Assembly: GCA_964354025.1 (NCBI GenBank)
Contig: CAYGXQ010000002.1
Location: 51,798-112,364 of the forward strand
Reading direction: 5' to 3'
Length of the DNA: 60,567 nucleotides
Origin: an uncultured Gammaproteobacteria bacterium
Lineage (GTDB): Bacteria > Patescibacteriota > Microgenomatia > 2-02-FULL-39-11
Shown here: piece by piece, positions 35,622 to 45,403 of the stretch
How positions within the stretch are numbered: position 1 is the first letter of the stretch
Layout of the letters: the number at the start of each line of letters is the position of its first letter
The notes under the pieces: generated by a model
What the model was told of the DNA's origin: nothing
Seen by the model: only the letters and a program-made list of their open reading frames with translations
Database searches by the model: none
Translations under genes and position numbers: made by a program

Positions 35622-37427
35622 ATGAATGCTGAAATTGATTACCGCAGATTTCATGCTCCAGCTGCCCGTAATGAGCAAATTACTTATGGGCAGTCACTCT
35701 TGGTTGAGGCTGTAGGGATCAATAATAATGATCAACCAGCCTTAGAAGCTTTTAAAGGTAAATTAGGTTTACCGGAAGGAGTGACATTTCAGAGTGTAAC
35801 TGATTATTTAAATCATTTTGTAGCAGAATCTGATTTGCCGACATTTGCCATAGCAACGACTTTGGCCACTTTATCAAAAGATGTTAGCGGTTTTATTCCT
35901 GATTCCCAGGAAGAGCTTCGGTTATATAAACCCATTCCTTCTTTAGATATGCCAATAAAATTTAGATTCGGACAGACATTGTCTTGGAAAGATATATTGC
36001 TACGGATTAGTATCCAAGCGTATACCTATCATGAGATTCTTAATTATTTTGGTAACATACACCCAGATAATTTATCAGAATTTGTTACATATTTAAAAGC
36101 TGAAAAGAAATCTAATTACGGTAGAGATCTGAATAAGATGGTAGAACTAGGATTTTTATCTTGTACTGATTTGACAATTACTGCGTGTCAGTCTGCTGAT
36201 AACCAAACCATCTTTAATATGCATGTTCCAGGAAAAGATGTTCTAGAATATAATTTGACCCGTTTGTTAGATCCTATAAAGGAAGCACATCCTAACTCTG
36301 ATCGTTCTGCCTATTTACTATGCGGATTATTTAATCCAACATTAATAGAATTGATACGTTTAGAAGGAGTTAATCACTCATTTTTTAAAGCCTTTGGAAA
36401 AGCCAATGCCACGGCTTTATTAGATATACTGAGATCGCAGGATTTTGAAGCCATCGACCGATTAGCCAGTCATTGGAAGAAATTATTTGATACTTGGGAA
36501 CAAACTTCGGCAATTTCCATGAACCTACCAGTCCTGACTCATTACGGTCCGGTTAAGGATTGGTGTTTGGGAAAGGCTCCCCAAGGTGTTACTTCTGATG
36601 GCAGACTGACTCCGGAATTTATCAGATGGATATTTTATGAAGCGACTGATGAGCAAAGAGAGGAGTATTCCCAAGTCATGGTTACGCAAATTGAAGCCGG
36701 GATGACCATGACCGGAGTAGATCGGATCGAATGGGATTTCTGGAAAGAAGTATTTGGCAGAATGGAAGCGGAAAATTTGCATGCCATAAATGTAGTTGAT
36801 GAAGGCGGTAGTGCCGGATTAGTCACCCAGCAATTATTTACTGATAGACGGACAGGAGCTTTACATCTTAAAGGTAGATTGGCACATGTAGTTAATGTTG
36901 ACCGGATACCTTCAGAACAAGCGATGTTAAACCGTATTTATAGATTTAATCCTGCTCGTTATGATGAAACTTTAGAGTTGTTGTCACAGGATGACGCAAC
37001 AGAGCTTTATAATCAATCGTTAGCAGCGTTCAGAGAACTACACGGAAATATTTATAGTTTTGTAGGATCAGTCGATACTTCAAAAGCTGATTTATCGGCT
37101 GTTCTCAAACAGCAAAACATTAATCAAGCTCATCTTATCTTAAACATGCGGGCTCAGGGACTGCATGGTAGACCTGAAGAATTGGAAGCAGTTTATCAGC
37201 GCTCATTGCCGCTTCTGGCAGAAGGCGGCCGGTTTTATCTCCAGCGGGGATTACCGATTTACGGTCATCTGGTTTTGGGAGTTTTGTATAAAAAAATAAA
37301 AGGTCAGCCGGTAGTTGAAGCAATTCAGTTAAACAATCACGGAGAATCAGTTACAGTCTGGAGATTGGATAGAAACGGTAATGAATCTACAAGCTGGAAA
37401 GACGAAATAAGGGCAATTTACGGGTAA
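35622..37427 (+). CDS. Hypothetical 601-aa protein with a C-terminal SAM-methyltransferase-like region
   Basis: VVDEGGSAG (motif I-like) ... LLAEGGRFYLQ (post-motif-like) in the last ~230 aa. N-terminal 370 aa unassigned. Confidence 0.45.
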   Translation: MNAEIDYRRFHAPAARNEQITYGQSLLVEAVGINNNDQPALEAFKGKLGLPEGVTFQSVTDYLNHFVAESDLPTFAIATTLATLSKDVSGFIPDSQEELRLYKPIPSLDMPIKFRFGQTLSWKDILLRISIQAYTYHEILNYFGNIHPDNLSEFVTYLKAEKKSNYGRDLNKMVELGFLSCTDLTITACQSADNQTIFNMHVPGKDVLEYNLTRLLDPIKEAHPNSDRSAYLLCGLFNPTLIELIRLEGVNHSFFKAFGKANATALLDILRSQDFEAIDRLASHWKKLFDTWEQTSAISMNLPVLTHYGPVKDWCLGKAPQGVTSDGRLTPEFIRWIFYEATDEQREEYSQVMVTQIEAGMTMTGVDRIEWDFWKEVFGRMEAENLHAINVVDEGGSAGLVTQQLFTDRRTGALHLKGRLAHVVNVDRIPSEQAMLNRIYRFNPARYDETLELLSQDDATELYNQSLAAFRELHGNIYSFVGSVDTSKADLSAVLKQQNINQAHLILNMRAQGLHGRPEELEAVYQRSLPLLAEGGRFYLQRGLPIYGHLVLGVLYKKIKGQPVVEAIQLNNHGESVTVWRLDRNGNESTSWKDEIRAIYG

Positions 37428-37440
37428 ATTATTAAAAGTT

Positions 37441-37467
37441 GACTTTTATCCCCGGGCTCATGGTGGA
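37441..37467 (-). repeat. rplA 3'-end remnant D
   Basis: GACTTTTATCCCCGGGCTCATGGTGGA. Confidence 0.7.
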
Positions 37468-37480
37468 CCTGTTTCACCGA

Positions 37481-38137
37481 TTATTTCGTGATTTTCCGGC
37501 CGATTTCCAAAGAGAGGTTCCGGAAAAAAGATTGCAAAACGGTGAGTTTCAAAGGCTTGATCATTTTGGGTAAAAAAGTAAAATCCTCGGCTTTCAAAAA
37601 GTCCGAGGCAATCAGGAATTGGTCTGTTTCCAGGTGAAATTTAGCTTCAAGTCCATATATTAAATCCCAGATGGTATATTTTTTTAGGAGATAGTAAAGA
37701 TCGACGAAGTCTTTAACATCAGTCCTTTGATTGATAGTTAATAATTTATTAGTCGCGATGTCTCTTAAACTATCCACTGATAAAGGCCCGTCCATTTTTC
37801 CTTTGTGGATCTGTTTATATGGGTAATAGCCGAAATCAATTTTCAGTTCTTTTTTATCAGGAAACTCAAGAAAGAACATATAAACTACTTCGCTGAATTT
37901 AGAAGAAAATTTATAACCGTATTTTTGGGACCATTTATCTACTTTTGAATAAATAACTTCATTATCAAACTTGTTTAAACTGAAAAAATCCAGATCTTCG
38001 GAATAGCGGTGTTTCAAGTGGTACAGGCTTAATGCTGTCCCGCCGGTGAAATAAAAGTTGGAACAAAGAAAAGGGTCATTTTTCAATTCATCCAGTATGA
38101 TTTTTTGATTTCTGGTGATGATTGGTATTTTCCCCAT
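37481..38137 (-). CDS. AbiEii/DUF1814-like nucleotidyltransferase
   Basis: FYFTGGTALSLYHLKHRYSEDLDFF motif. Confidence 0.7.
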   Translation of the reverse strand: MGKIPIITRNQKIILDELKNDPFLCSNFYFTGGTALSLYHLKHRYSEDLDFFSLNKFDNEVIYSKVDKWSQKYGYKFSSKFSEVVYMFFLEFPDKKELKIDFGYYPYKQIHKGKMDGPLSVDSLRDIATNKLLTINQRTDVKDFVDLYYLLKKYTIWDLIYGLEAKFHLETDQFLIASDFLKAEDFTFLPKMIKPLKLTVLQSFFRNLSLEIGRKITK

Positions 38138-38325
38138 ATCAAAAGCTCCAATAAACGCTTTGGTAATCTATATATATGCAATTGATCCCAATTGTATTTA
38201 ATAAAGTGAAGATCCAGTTTTGTCTTACCGGGTCCGTAATTTATCAGTCTCTCCAGCATAAAAAGCCGGCCTTTTTTAGTTTTTCTTAACTCCTTTTCAT
38301 CATAGTCCCAAAGGTGTTTCATCAT
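38083..38325 (-). CDS. Small partner protein of the AbiEii-like gene (80 aa)
   Basis: Overlaps the downstream gene by 55 nt in another frame. The same arrangement is conserved in the second copy (48678..48917). Confidence 0.4.
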   Translation of the reverse strand: MMKHLWDYDEKELRKTKKGRLFMLERLINYGPGKTKLDLHFIKYNWDQLHIYRLPKRLLELLIWGKYQSSPEIKKSYWMN

Positions 38326-38371
38326 ATTAGAATTATATCAGACAGAAGGGGGTATGGGCAACCTGAGTTAA

Positions 38372-38789
38372 TTAATTGAATTTTACTTTTATCCCCGGAC
38401 TCATGGTGGATTTCAGAGTAATATTCTTGATCTTTGTTTCTCCGACGGATTTGGTGAAAGCTTGGAAATTTTCTTCAAGCTGTTTGTCTTTGAAAGACAA
38501 TTTGCCGATGACCTGGTGGATGATGGGAAAATCTGCCTCGGTTTTCCAGGCGATTTCTCCGCCGGTCAGCTTTTCCGCTACTTTTTCCGGAGTAGGTGAG
38601 ATAGTGCCGTTTTTGGGATTGGGCATCAGGCCTTTGGGGCCTAGGAATCGGGCCACTTTGGCCATCACTTGCGGGTGGGCAACGAGGGCGTCAAAATCGA
38701 TTTTGCCTTTTTCCACCGCTTCCACGATTTTATCGATAGTAGCGTTGTCAGCGATGGCTACCCTGATCTTTTTGCCGGTCCCATAGGGG
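38372..38789 (-). pseudogene. rplA: 5'-truncated second copy of rplA (C-terminal ~139 codons)
   Basis: Colinear with 50356-50775 (~85% nt identity by eye). Protein GTGKKIRVAIADNATIDKIVEAVEKGKIDFDALVAHPQVMAKVARFLGPKGLMPNPKNG...SPGIKVKFN. Homology stops at ~38790, exactly where the RAYT-unit inverted repeat begins. Confidence 0.85.
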
Positions 38790-39556
38790 ACGGTCCTTTG
38801 ATATCTTGACAGGACAATCTAGAAATGCAATAGTTTAAACAGATATGCCCCGCGGACCCAGAATTGCTTTCGAGAATGCTTTTTATCACGTCTTCAATAG
38901 GGGAATCGCCTACCAAAAGATTTTTATTGACGATAGCGATTACATAAAGTTCCTAAAAAGGCTTGAAGATCTCAATAATGTCAACGGTTACGATCACAGT
39001 ATTTATTCCTATGTCTTGATGCCCAATCACTTTCATCTTCTTATCCAAACGAAGAAGACTCCTCTTGCCAAAGTCATGTCTTCGCTTCTGACCAGTTACT
39101 CCATGTATTTTAACAGGAAATACAAAAGGATCGGTACTCTTTTCCAAAACAGGTTTAAAAGCAAACTTTGCGATAAAGACAGCTATTTCCTGGGTGCCTC
39201 AAGATATATTCATCTTAATCCTGTTGAAGCAGGTTTAGCAGAAAAGGTTGACGATTATCTTTGGAGCAGTTTTGGGGAGATATTTGGTCATTCTCAATAT
39301 TCAATCATCGATAAAAATGAGATTACCAGATTGGTAGGGGAAACAAACAAAGAGAGGGAATCCTATCGGCAATTTATCCTCTCTGGGATAAAGATAATGG
39401 AAGATATTAAAAATAGCTATTCTTTTGATAAAGATATTGAAGGCAAGCCCAGATTTCAGACTCTCACCCAAAAGAAATATTTGAGAAGAAAAAGACGCAG
39501 AAAGTAAACTATTTAAAATCTAGAAGATCACAACAAGCAATCAAAGGACCGTCCCC
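38786..39556 (+). mobile_element. RAYT/IS200-like unit bounded by a perfect 16-bp inverted repeat
   Basis: GGGGACGGTCCTTTGA (38786-38801) and TCAAAGGACCGTCCCC (39541-39556) flank the Y1 transposase gene. Confidence 0.75.
38845..39507 (+). CDS. Y1 (HUH) transposase, IS200/REP-associated tyrosine transposase-like
   Basis: YHVFNRG, YVLMPNHFHLLI (HUH), GTLFQNRFKS, RYIHLNPVEAGL (catalytic Tyr region), YLWSSF. Confidence 0.8.
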   Translation: MPRGPRIAFENAFYHVFNRGIAYQKIFIDDSDYIKFLKRLEDLNNVNGYDHSIYSYVLMPNHFHLLIQTKKTPLAKVMSSLLTSYSMYFNRKYKRIGTLFQNRFKSKLCDKDSYFLGASRYIHLNPVEAGLAEKVDDYLWSSFGEIFGHSQYSIIDKNEITRLVGETNKERESYRQFILSGIKIMEDIKNSYSFDKDIEGKPRFQTLTQKKYLRRKRRRK

Positions 39557-39578
39557 TAACGGTTCCCTAACGTCGTCT

Positions 39579-39633
39579 ATTACCCTGTCAAATTTTTAGA
39601 TTTGCTTTTCTTGTTGCATAAGCCTATAATATC
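39579..39633 (+). promoter_or_regulatory. Conserved 55-nt promoter block (copy 1)
   Basis: 54/55 identical to 45404-45458. TTGCTT (39602-39607), 17-nt spacer, TATAAT (39625-39630). Confidence 0.65.
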
Positions 39634-39710
39634 CTGTCGCCCAATATATGGGCTTATATTTTATGGGGAAAAAAGAATATAACATCGATTTATGGTGAAA
39701 GGATGATTTT

Positions 39711-41738
39711 ATGATAAGAGATGAACGACAATCAATATCACTTCCGTTTTTTGAAAGACATCCGGAGTATTCGCATCTGGTGGAGCAGGTGAATATAGAT
39801 AGAATAAGAGACAGAATAGACATCTTGTCCGGTATCGCTCATGGGGGTAAGATCGGTGAAGGCGGAGGCAGAGGCCAATTTACACAAGAGGATTTCCGGG
39901 CCAGGGAGACGATGGAAGACTGGGTATGGCAGATGGCCGGCGGGCAGGCAGTTTCAGACAGAGTGGAGACTTACCCTCAGGCGGGAAGATTAAGAAGAAG
40001 TGAAAGTCTCGGATTATCCGTCTGGCAAAATCCTTCAGGCTTAGTGGTATATTTTGAAGGGGAGGATCCGGAAAAAGATGAGCCTTCCGTCGCCGGTTCC
40101 CACACTGATACGATTTATAATGACGCGGGGACGGAAGACGGACAGGAAGGCTGTGCGGCCGCTTTCGAGACTTTAGAAATACTGGTTAATAATTTTCGAG
40201 AGACGGGTAAAAAACCAAAAAGAGGATTTGCGGTGTTGATCGTCACCGGAGAAGACACTCCGCCATACTTTTCCGGCAGCCAGGCTTTGGTTCGAGGACT
40301 TAACAAAGAAGTTCTTGATACCGTTTTAACTCAAGACATCACCTTAAGAGAGGGAATATTAAATTGGGCCAGACATTTCGGAATAAAAGATCTAAAGGAA
40401 GAGAATGTCGATCGGGTTATGTCCCAGCCGCTTCTTGACCAGTCTCCTTATTCCTGGAGTTGGATGTATAGCCATCTTGAACTTCATCCTTTTCCCAATA
40501 ATTCATCAAGAGAGCTTCCGGATATGCTCATGTCAGCGGAAAAAGTACTTGGTTCAACGAAATTAAAATTGACTTTAGAAAAAATTCCATCAATAAAACA
40601 GGTTGATTCAGAGACAATTACCAGTAATGCGCTGATATCTTTTGGCATTAGGGTTACAGGTACCGAAGGACACGCCGCTTCCTTACCTATGGAAGAGAGG
40701 GTGGATGCAGTAAGACTAGTATTGGCCTGGCGGCAAAAAATCCGGGAAATATTGTCACAGGAAAAATATAGAGGGATCACTCTTTATCCATTTGAATTTT
40801 CTATCCCTAATGGTGTGCCAAACAGGGTAGCCGGGTTATCAGAAATGTATTTCACATTGGCATATCCCGTACAGGATAGAAGTAAACAAAGAGAAGTTAG
40901 TAAACTCCTTATGCAGGCAAGAAGAGAAATCGAAGATGAGATCAAACAAGCAAAAACTAAAGAATTGGGAGAAGAAAAAAGCGCAGCAGACTTTTTGGAT
41001 ATAAGTGTTCCAGCTATAGCATTCTCACCGCATTATAAACCCGAAGATCTTGATTATCTTCTTGATCTTGCGGAAAAATATATCTATCTGATTGATTATA
41101 CGTGCAGAGAAAGTACAGCTCATCACAGTAATATGTATCAGACTGCAACTGTCGGAACTATAGGTTTGAGAAACGGGAAAATAGAATTTACTTTGGATTT
41201 AAGATCAGAAGGTAAAACAGCTTTGAAAGTTCTTATATATGATTTAATTAAAACATTTTTCTACCCTCCGTTAAATGTTGCAAAACAAATGATTGTACCT
41301 CTTTTTAAGAGAGATGCTTTAATTATGGGGAGTTATATAAAGCGATTAAAATTAGATCCTGTTGTACGAGATTTAACATTTGATAGAGTCATGTATTTAG
41401 AAAAGGATAAATCAACTAAGAATCCTTTTCCTTATATACTCTCTATAGATGGACCTTTAAGCGGAAGTGAACCTCCGGTAACGATGGACCCGGGACTGAT
41501 TGAGGAGCTGGACGAATTGGGCAAGAGGTTTGCCGGAGTACCGGTTCCGAAAAAATTAATTTTTGCCGGAGAAGATCACCAGGTTCTTGTGGAAAGAGTG
41601 GTAAATGGAAGGATTGGGATGATTTTTCCGGCTTCAAATAATACCCATAAAAAAGATGAACAGACTCCAGTTGAAGCTTTAGAAAAGGCCGCCAAAGTCC
41701 TCGTGGCGCAAAAGATCTCAGAGGTATACGAAGATTAA
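39711..41738 (+). CDS. Oversized (675 aa) M20/carbamoylase-family amidohydrolase-like protein, paralog 1
   Basis: Colinear with the allantoate-amidohydrolase/N-carbamoyl-amino-acid-hydrolase N-terminus: GKIGEGGGRGQFTQEDFRARE, VAGSHTDT, GTEDGQEGCAAAFE, VLIVTGEDTPPYFSGSQAL. The usual EE is replaced by ED. About 260 extra residues. Confidence 0.5.
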   Translation: MIRDERQSISLPFFERHPEYSHLVEQVNIDRIRDRIDILSGIAHGGKIGEGGGRGQFTQEDFRARETMEDWVWQMAGGQAVSDRVETYPQAGRLRRSESLGLSVWQNPSGLVVYFEGEDPEKDEPSVAGSHTDTIYNDAGTEDGQEGCAAAFETLEILVNNFRETGKKPKRGFAVLIVTGEDTPPYFSGSQALVRGLNKEVLDTVLTQDITLREGILNWARHFGIKDLKEENVDRVMSQPLLDQSPYSWSWMYSHLELHPFPNNSSRELPDMLMSAEKVLGSTKLKLTLEKIPSIKQVDSETITSNALISFGIRVTGTEGHAASLPMEERVDAVRLVLAWRQKIREILSQEKYRGITLYPFEFSIPNGVPNRVAGLSEMYFTLAYPVQDRSKQREVSKLLMQARREIEDEIKQAKTKELGEEKSAADFLDISVPAIAFSPHYKPEDLDYLLDLAEKYIYLIDYTCRESTAHHSNMYQTATVGTIGLRNGKIEFTLDLRSEGKTALKVLIYDLIKTFFYPPLNVAKQMIVPLFKRDALIMGSYIKRLKLDPVVRDLTFDRVMYLEKDKSTKNPFPYILSIDGPLSGSEPPVTMDPGLIEELDELGKRFAGVPVPKKLIFAGEDHQVLVERVVNGRIGMIFPASNNTHKKDEQTPVEALEKAAKVLVAQKISEVYED

Positions 41739-41769
41739 ATATTGGACTAGAGATTATAGGGACGGATTA

Positions 41770-41925
41770 TAGGGACGGGGGCAGCGCAAGTTGATAGCAT
41801 CATCTAAAAGACCTTATTTTTCTTGGGAGAATTTTACCTTTCTCCCCGGGCTCTGGGATTAATCCAAAAATTACCCCATAATTTAATTCTCTCAACCGTA
41901 AAAAGCCTGTTAGATAATATATAAT
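41770..41925. repeat. Conserved downstream flank + rplA remnant F + shared 70-nt block
   Basis: 41770-41853 is ~87% identical (73/84 by hand) to 47511-47594 and ends in the remnant GAATTTTACCTTTCTCCCCGGGCTC. 41857-41925 matches 35481-35550. Confidence 0.8.
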
Positions 41926-41968
41926 TTAATCAGTTGCGCAAACAAATATTATAGGTTATAATCCGATT

Positions 41969-42820
41969 ATGCGTCAGGCTTTCAATATTCGCGATGAGTT
42001 TAGCAAACTCAAAGAAGTAATTATCGGCACGGCCGCAAATTTTATTCAGGGAGAAAAGATCAATCGCGGTATGCGCCGGTATTATGGGAAAAAATACGGT
42101 CCTACCAGGCAAAAACTCACGGCAGAATATCTCTATTTAAAAAAAATTTTAGAAGCTCAAGACGTCAAAGTTTATTCTCCCAATCCTTCAAAAGATATTT
42201 CTCAGCAGTTAGCCCCCCGTGACATTGGTTTTGTCGTAGATAGTACGTTTGTCATCTGCAATATGAAATTTGACAGCAGAAAACATGAGATTGATGCGAT
42301 CAGGCACATATTGAATAGATTTACCGGAAAAATTATTAAAACTCCGGATGATGTCAATCTAGAAGGCGGTAACGTATTGGTTGACGGCAAAACAATATTT
42401 CTGGGCATAGGTATAAGAACCAGTCCCAATGCGGTTGATTTTATGAAGAAAAAATTCGGTAAAAAATTCAGGATTATGCCTCTCTACCTTGACCAGAAGG
42501 AGGAAACCATCCATCTTGACGGGGTATTTAATATGATCGGAGATAAAGTCGCTCTTGTCTATCCTCGGGAAATAAAAAAATTGCCCGGAATATTAAGTAC
42601 TTACAAGTTGCTCAAAGTCACCCATGAGGAAAAATTGCTCGGCGCCTGTAATGTTATGGTTGTTGATAATCAAACGGTCATTATCAGAAACAAGCTTCCC
42701 CGGATCAAAAAAATTCTTACAAAATCAGGCTTTAAAGTTTTAATCACTCCCTGGGATGAATCAGGAAAAACCGGTACTACCGGACCTAGATGTGCTTGTC
42801 TGCCGTTAATCAGAAGTTAA
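41969..42820 (+). CDS. Guanidino-group-modifying enzyme fold (amidinotransferase/arginine deiminase/DDAH superfamily)
   Basis: C-terminal TGTTGPRCACLPLIR matches the GGGPRCM..PL nucleophile-Cys motif. LEGGNVLVDGKTIFLGIGIRT and IHLDGVF are also family-like. TATAAT at 41957-41962, 6 nt before the ATG. Confidence 0.65.
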   Translation: MRQAFNIRDEFSKLKEVIIGTAANFIQGEKINRGMRRYYGKKYGPTRQKLTAEYLYLKKILEAQDVKVYSPNPSKDISQQLAPRDIGFVVDSTFVICNMKFDSRKHEIDAIRHILNRFTGKIIKTPDDVNLEGGNVLVDGKTIFLGIGIRTSPNAVDFMKKKFGKKFRIMPLYLDQKEETIHLDGVFNMIGDKVALVYPREIKKLPGILSTYKLLKVTHEEKLLGACNVMVVDNQTVIIRNKLPRIKKILTKSGFKVLITPWDESGKTGTTGPRCACLPLIRS

Positions 42821-42835
42821 TCCTCAATATTTTCG

Positions 42836-43558
42836 TTAAAAACTCTCGACGATTTTACTTTTTAATTTATGAACTGTGTTGGGGAATTCGGCGGTTCTGT
42901 TTACAAATACCTTCTTTATTTTTCCCGGTACTCCCGACAAAATATAAATTCTGTCTCCAAGAGTGATGGCTTCGTCCGTATCATGGGTGACGAAGATGAT
43001 GGTGGTTCTCAACACTTTATGGATATGTAAAAGCAGCTTCTGCATCCGTTTTCTGGTTGTCGGATCAAGAGAGCCGAAAGGTTCATCCAGAAGTAAAACC
43101 TGCGGTTTAAGAACTAAGCTGCGGGCCAGGGCTAGCCTCTGTTTCATCCCTCCGGAAAGCTCAAACGGGTAATATTGCCCGAAAGGCGCCAAACCGACCA
43201 TTTTCAAATATTGCCGGGTAGTTTTTTCAATTTCGGGCATTCCTCTCATTCTTAATCCGAAAGCGACATTTTCGGCCGTCTTCAGCCAGGGAAACAGCCG
43301 CAGATCCTGGAAGACTACGCCGAGGTCGCCGGAGGCGGGAGAAGTGATGATTTTCTTATCCAGCCTGATCTCGCCTGAGGTAGGTTTTACCAGGCCGGCG
43401 ATCAGGCAAAGGAGGGTAGTCTTGCCGCAGCCGGACGGGCCCAAAACCACGTGGATTTTTCCCTTTTCAAAATCGCAATTGATCTTCGCCAGGATTTTGG
43501 CTGTTTGGCCGTTTTTCCGGTAATCTTTACTCAGATTAGTTATCCTCAGGTAATTCAT
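42836..43558 (-). CDS. ABC transporter ATPase (NitT/TauT family)
   Basis: Start MNYLRITNLSK at 43558, directly after the permease stop. Walker A GPSGCGKTT, signature LSGGMKQR, Walker B LLLDEP. The longer ORF to 43993 overlaps the permease and is rejected. Confidence 0.9.
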   Translation of the reverse strand: MNYLRITNLSKDYRKNGQTAKILAKINCDFEKGKIHVVLGPSGCGKTTLLCLIAGLVKPTSGEIRLDKKIITSPASGDLGVVFQDLRLFPWLKTAENVAFGLRMRGMPEIEKTTRQYLKMVGLAPFGQYYPFELSGGMKQRLALARSLVLKPQVLLLDEPFGSLDPTTRKRMQKLLLHIHKVLRTTIIFVTHDTDEAITLGDRIYILSGVPGKIKKVFVNRTAEFPNTVHKLKSKIVESF

Positions 43559-43560
43559 AT

Positions 43561-44361
43561 TTAAAGCTCCAGTATTTTTGACTTTTCCGCCCAGGGGAAT
43601 AATTTCCCATAGGCAAATTTCAATAAACTGTCGATGGTCAGGGCCACCGCCGCGCTGATGACTACCAGGCTGAATATTTCGGTGATATGGACATAACGCT
43701 GGGCCAGTACCAGCCGGTAGCCGATGCCGGAATTGGCGCCTAAGACTTCCGCCAATACGACCGTTGACCAGCTGCTGCCCAGTTCTATCCGGCAGATATC
43801 CCAGATTTGGGGGAAAATCCGGGGGAAAACGATTTTTGTCAGGATCTGTTTTTGGTTTGCTCCCAATACTTTGCCCATCTCGATGTATTCTTTTTCCACA
43901 TTGGCCGCGGCACTGCTGATATACAGTACCAGATAAGGAAGGGCCCGGATGAAAATAAGGGCGATTTTCCCGAATTCTCCCACCCCGAACCACAAGATAA
44001 GCAAAGGGATCATGGCGGCGGCTGGGATAAATCTTAAAAAATTAAAGTAGGGTTCAAAGATATTCTGTATCGGTTTATGGATTCCGCACATTATCCCAAC
44101 CGGGATTCCGACTATGGCGGCCGCAGCAAAACCGGTAGCGACCCGAAAAAGGCTGATGGCGACGTCTTTCAATATTTCTTTATTCCAAATAAGCTGCCAT
44201 ATATCTGCGGCCACACTGGCCGGTTTGGGCAGGGTCAAATCACCGATACCGAATATAGTTTTCAGTATTATCCAGAGAAAGATAAAGATGGCGATAGAGA
44301 AGGGGATCAGCAAAAAGGAGGGATAGGGCGATTTTCTGTTTTTGGTGAAAAATGCGGGCAT
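43561..44361 (-). CDS. ABC transporter permease (NitT/TauT family)
   Basis: Six hydrophobic segments and an SsuC/TauC-like EAA region (MGKVLGANQKQILTKIVFPRIFPQIW). Confidence 0.85.
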   Translation of the reverse strand: MPAFFTKNRKSPYPSFLLIPFSIAIFIFLWIILKTIFGIGDLTLPKPASVAADIWQLIWNKEILKDVAISLFRVATGFAAAAIVGIPVGIMCGIHKPIQNIFEPYFNFLRFIPAAAMIPLLILWFGVGEFGKIALIFIRALPYLVLYISSAAANVEKEYIEMGKVLGANQKQILTKIVFPRIFPQIWDICRIELGSSWSTVVLAEVLGANSGIGYRLVLAQRYVHITEIFSLVVISAAVALTIDSLLKFAYGKLFPWAEKSKILEL

Positions 44362-44370
44362 GGAATCAGT

Positions 44371-45366
44371 TTATCTCAACTTTCCCAAAGTTGACAAATC
44401 GATTATCTCAGAGGCGGTCATCTGCTTGGAGATGATCTTTTCCGCCTGCGCCACGTCAATGATTGACTGGGTGACTTCAAAAACCATTCCTTTTTTATCC
44501 TCCGTGCCGAAATACGCGAGGTTATCCTTTTTGTCAAGCCAGCGGACGGATTCGATGGCTTTGCCAAACTCTACGGCGGTCATGCCGTATTCTTTGGCCA
44601 TGATTTCATTAGCCTCTGTGGGATTGTTTTTCCAGTATTCGAGGCTGTCAAACCAGGCCTTTGCCAGTCCGATAAAAGCGGTCTGTTTATTTTTTACCGC
44701 GTCATTTCTGGCCAGAACAATATCAGTCACCACGTTGGGCGTCTCTTTGCTGGAGATAAGGATATGGCCTTTCCCCTGGGCGACGACATTGCTGATCCAC
44801 GGCTCCATCATCGCTCCGGCGTCTATTTTGCCGGCCAGCATGGCCGGGCCGATCGTCTCATCCGGCATATCCAGAATTTTGATATCTTTATCCTGCAATC
44901 CGTTTTTATTCATCAGGTATTTAAGGAAAAAATAATTGGTAAAGCCTTTGGTGGCGGCCACGGTTTTGCCTTTCAGGTCGGCAAAAGTCTTGATGCTGTT
45001 TTTAGCCACAATGGCGTCGCCGCCGAAAGAAGTATCATAGGCCATGATAATCTTCAGATCCATGCCGGCGTTGATATTAAATACGGCTCCGTCTATCGTT
45101 GGGGTGAGGAAATCTACCTGTCCGGAAGCCAACATCCCTCTTCTGGCGTCGGAACTGCCCACCTTTTCAATTTTTAATTCCAGTCCGTATTTTTTGTCAA
45201 GATTTTTATTTTTAGCCAGATAAAAAGGGGCAAAACCAACCCATTTACCCGAATCAGCGGTAGTGATTTGTGTCAGCTGCGGCGCAGTCTTGTTTTTGGA
45301 ATAAACGGTAAAGAATAAGGAGAAAGCGGCAATGGCCAATATAATTACCAGAATTTTTTTGATCAT
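44371..45366 (-). CDS. ABC transporter substrate-binding protein (SsuA/NMT1-like)
   Basis: Start MIKKILVIILAIAAFSLFF at 45366 (signal peptide). The upstream 51 codons of the ORF run through the conserved promoter block and are rejected. Confidence 0.8.
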   Translation of the reverse strand: MIKKILVIILAIAAFSLFFTVYSKNKTAPQLTQITTADSGKWVGFAPFYLAKNKNLDKKYGLELKIEKVGSSDARRGMLASGQVDFLTPTIDGAVFNINAGMDLKIIMAYDTSFGGDAIVAKNSIKTFADLKGKTVAATKGFTNYFFLKYLMNKNGLQDKDIKILDMPDETIGPAMLAGKIDAGAMMEPWISNVVAQGKGHILISSKETPNVVTDIVLARNDAVKNKQTAFIGLAKAWFDSLEYWKNNPTEANEIMAKEYGMTAVEFGKAIESVRWLDKKDNLAYFGTEDKKGMVFEVTQSIIDVAQAEKIISKQMTASEIIDLSTLGKLR

Positions 45367-45403
45367 ATTTTTATTTATCTTACTATAACAATCTCCATTA
45401 TAC

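Noticed and set aside
43559-43993. N-terminal 145 codons of ORF 42836..43993
   Set aside because: They overlap the ABC permease gene in another frame and are Arg/Gly/Pro-rich nonsense. MNYLRITNLSK at 43558 starts directly after the permease stop.
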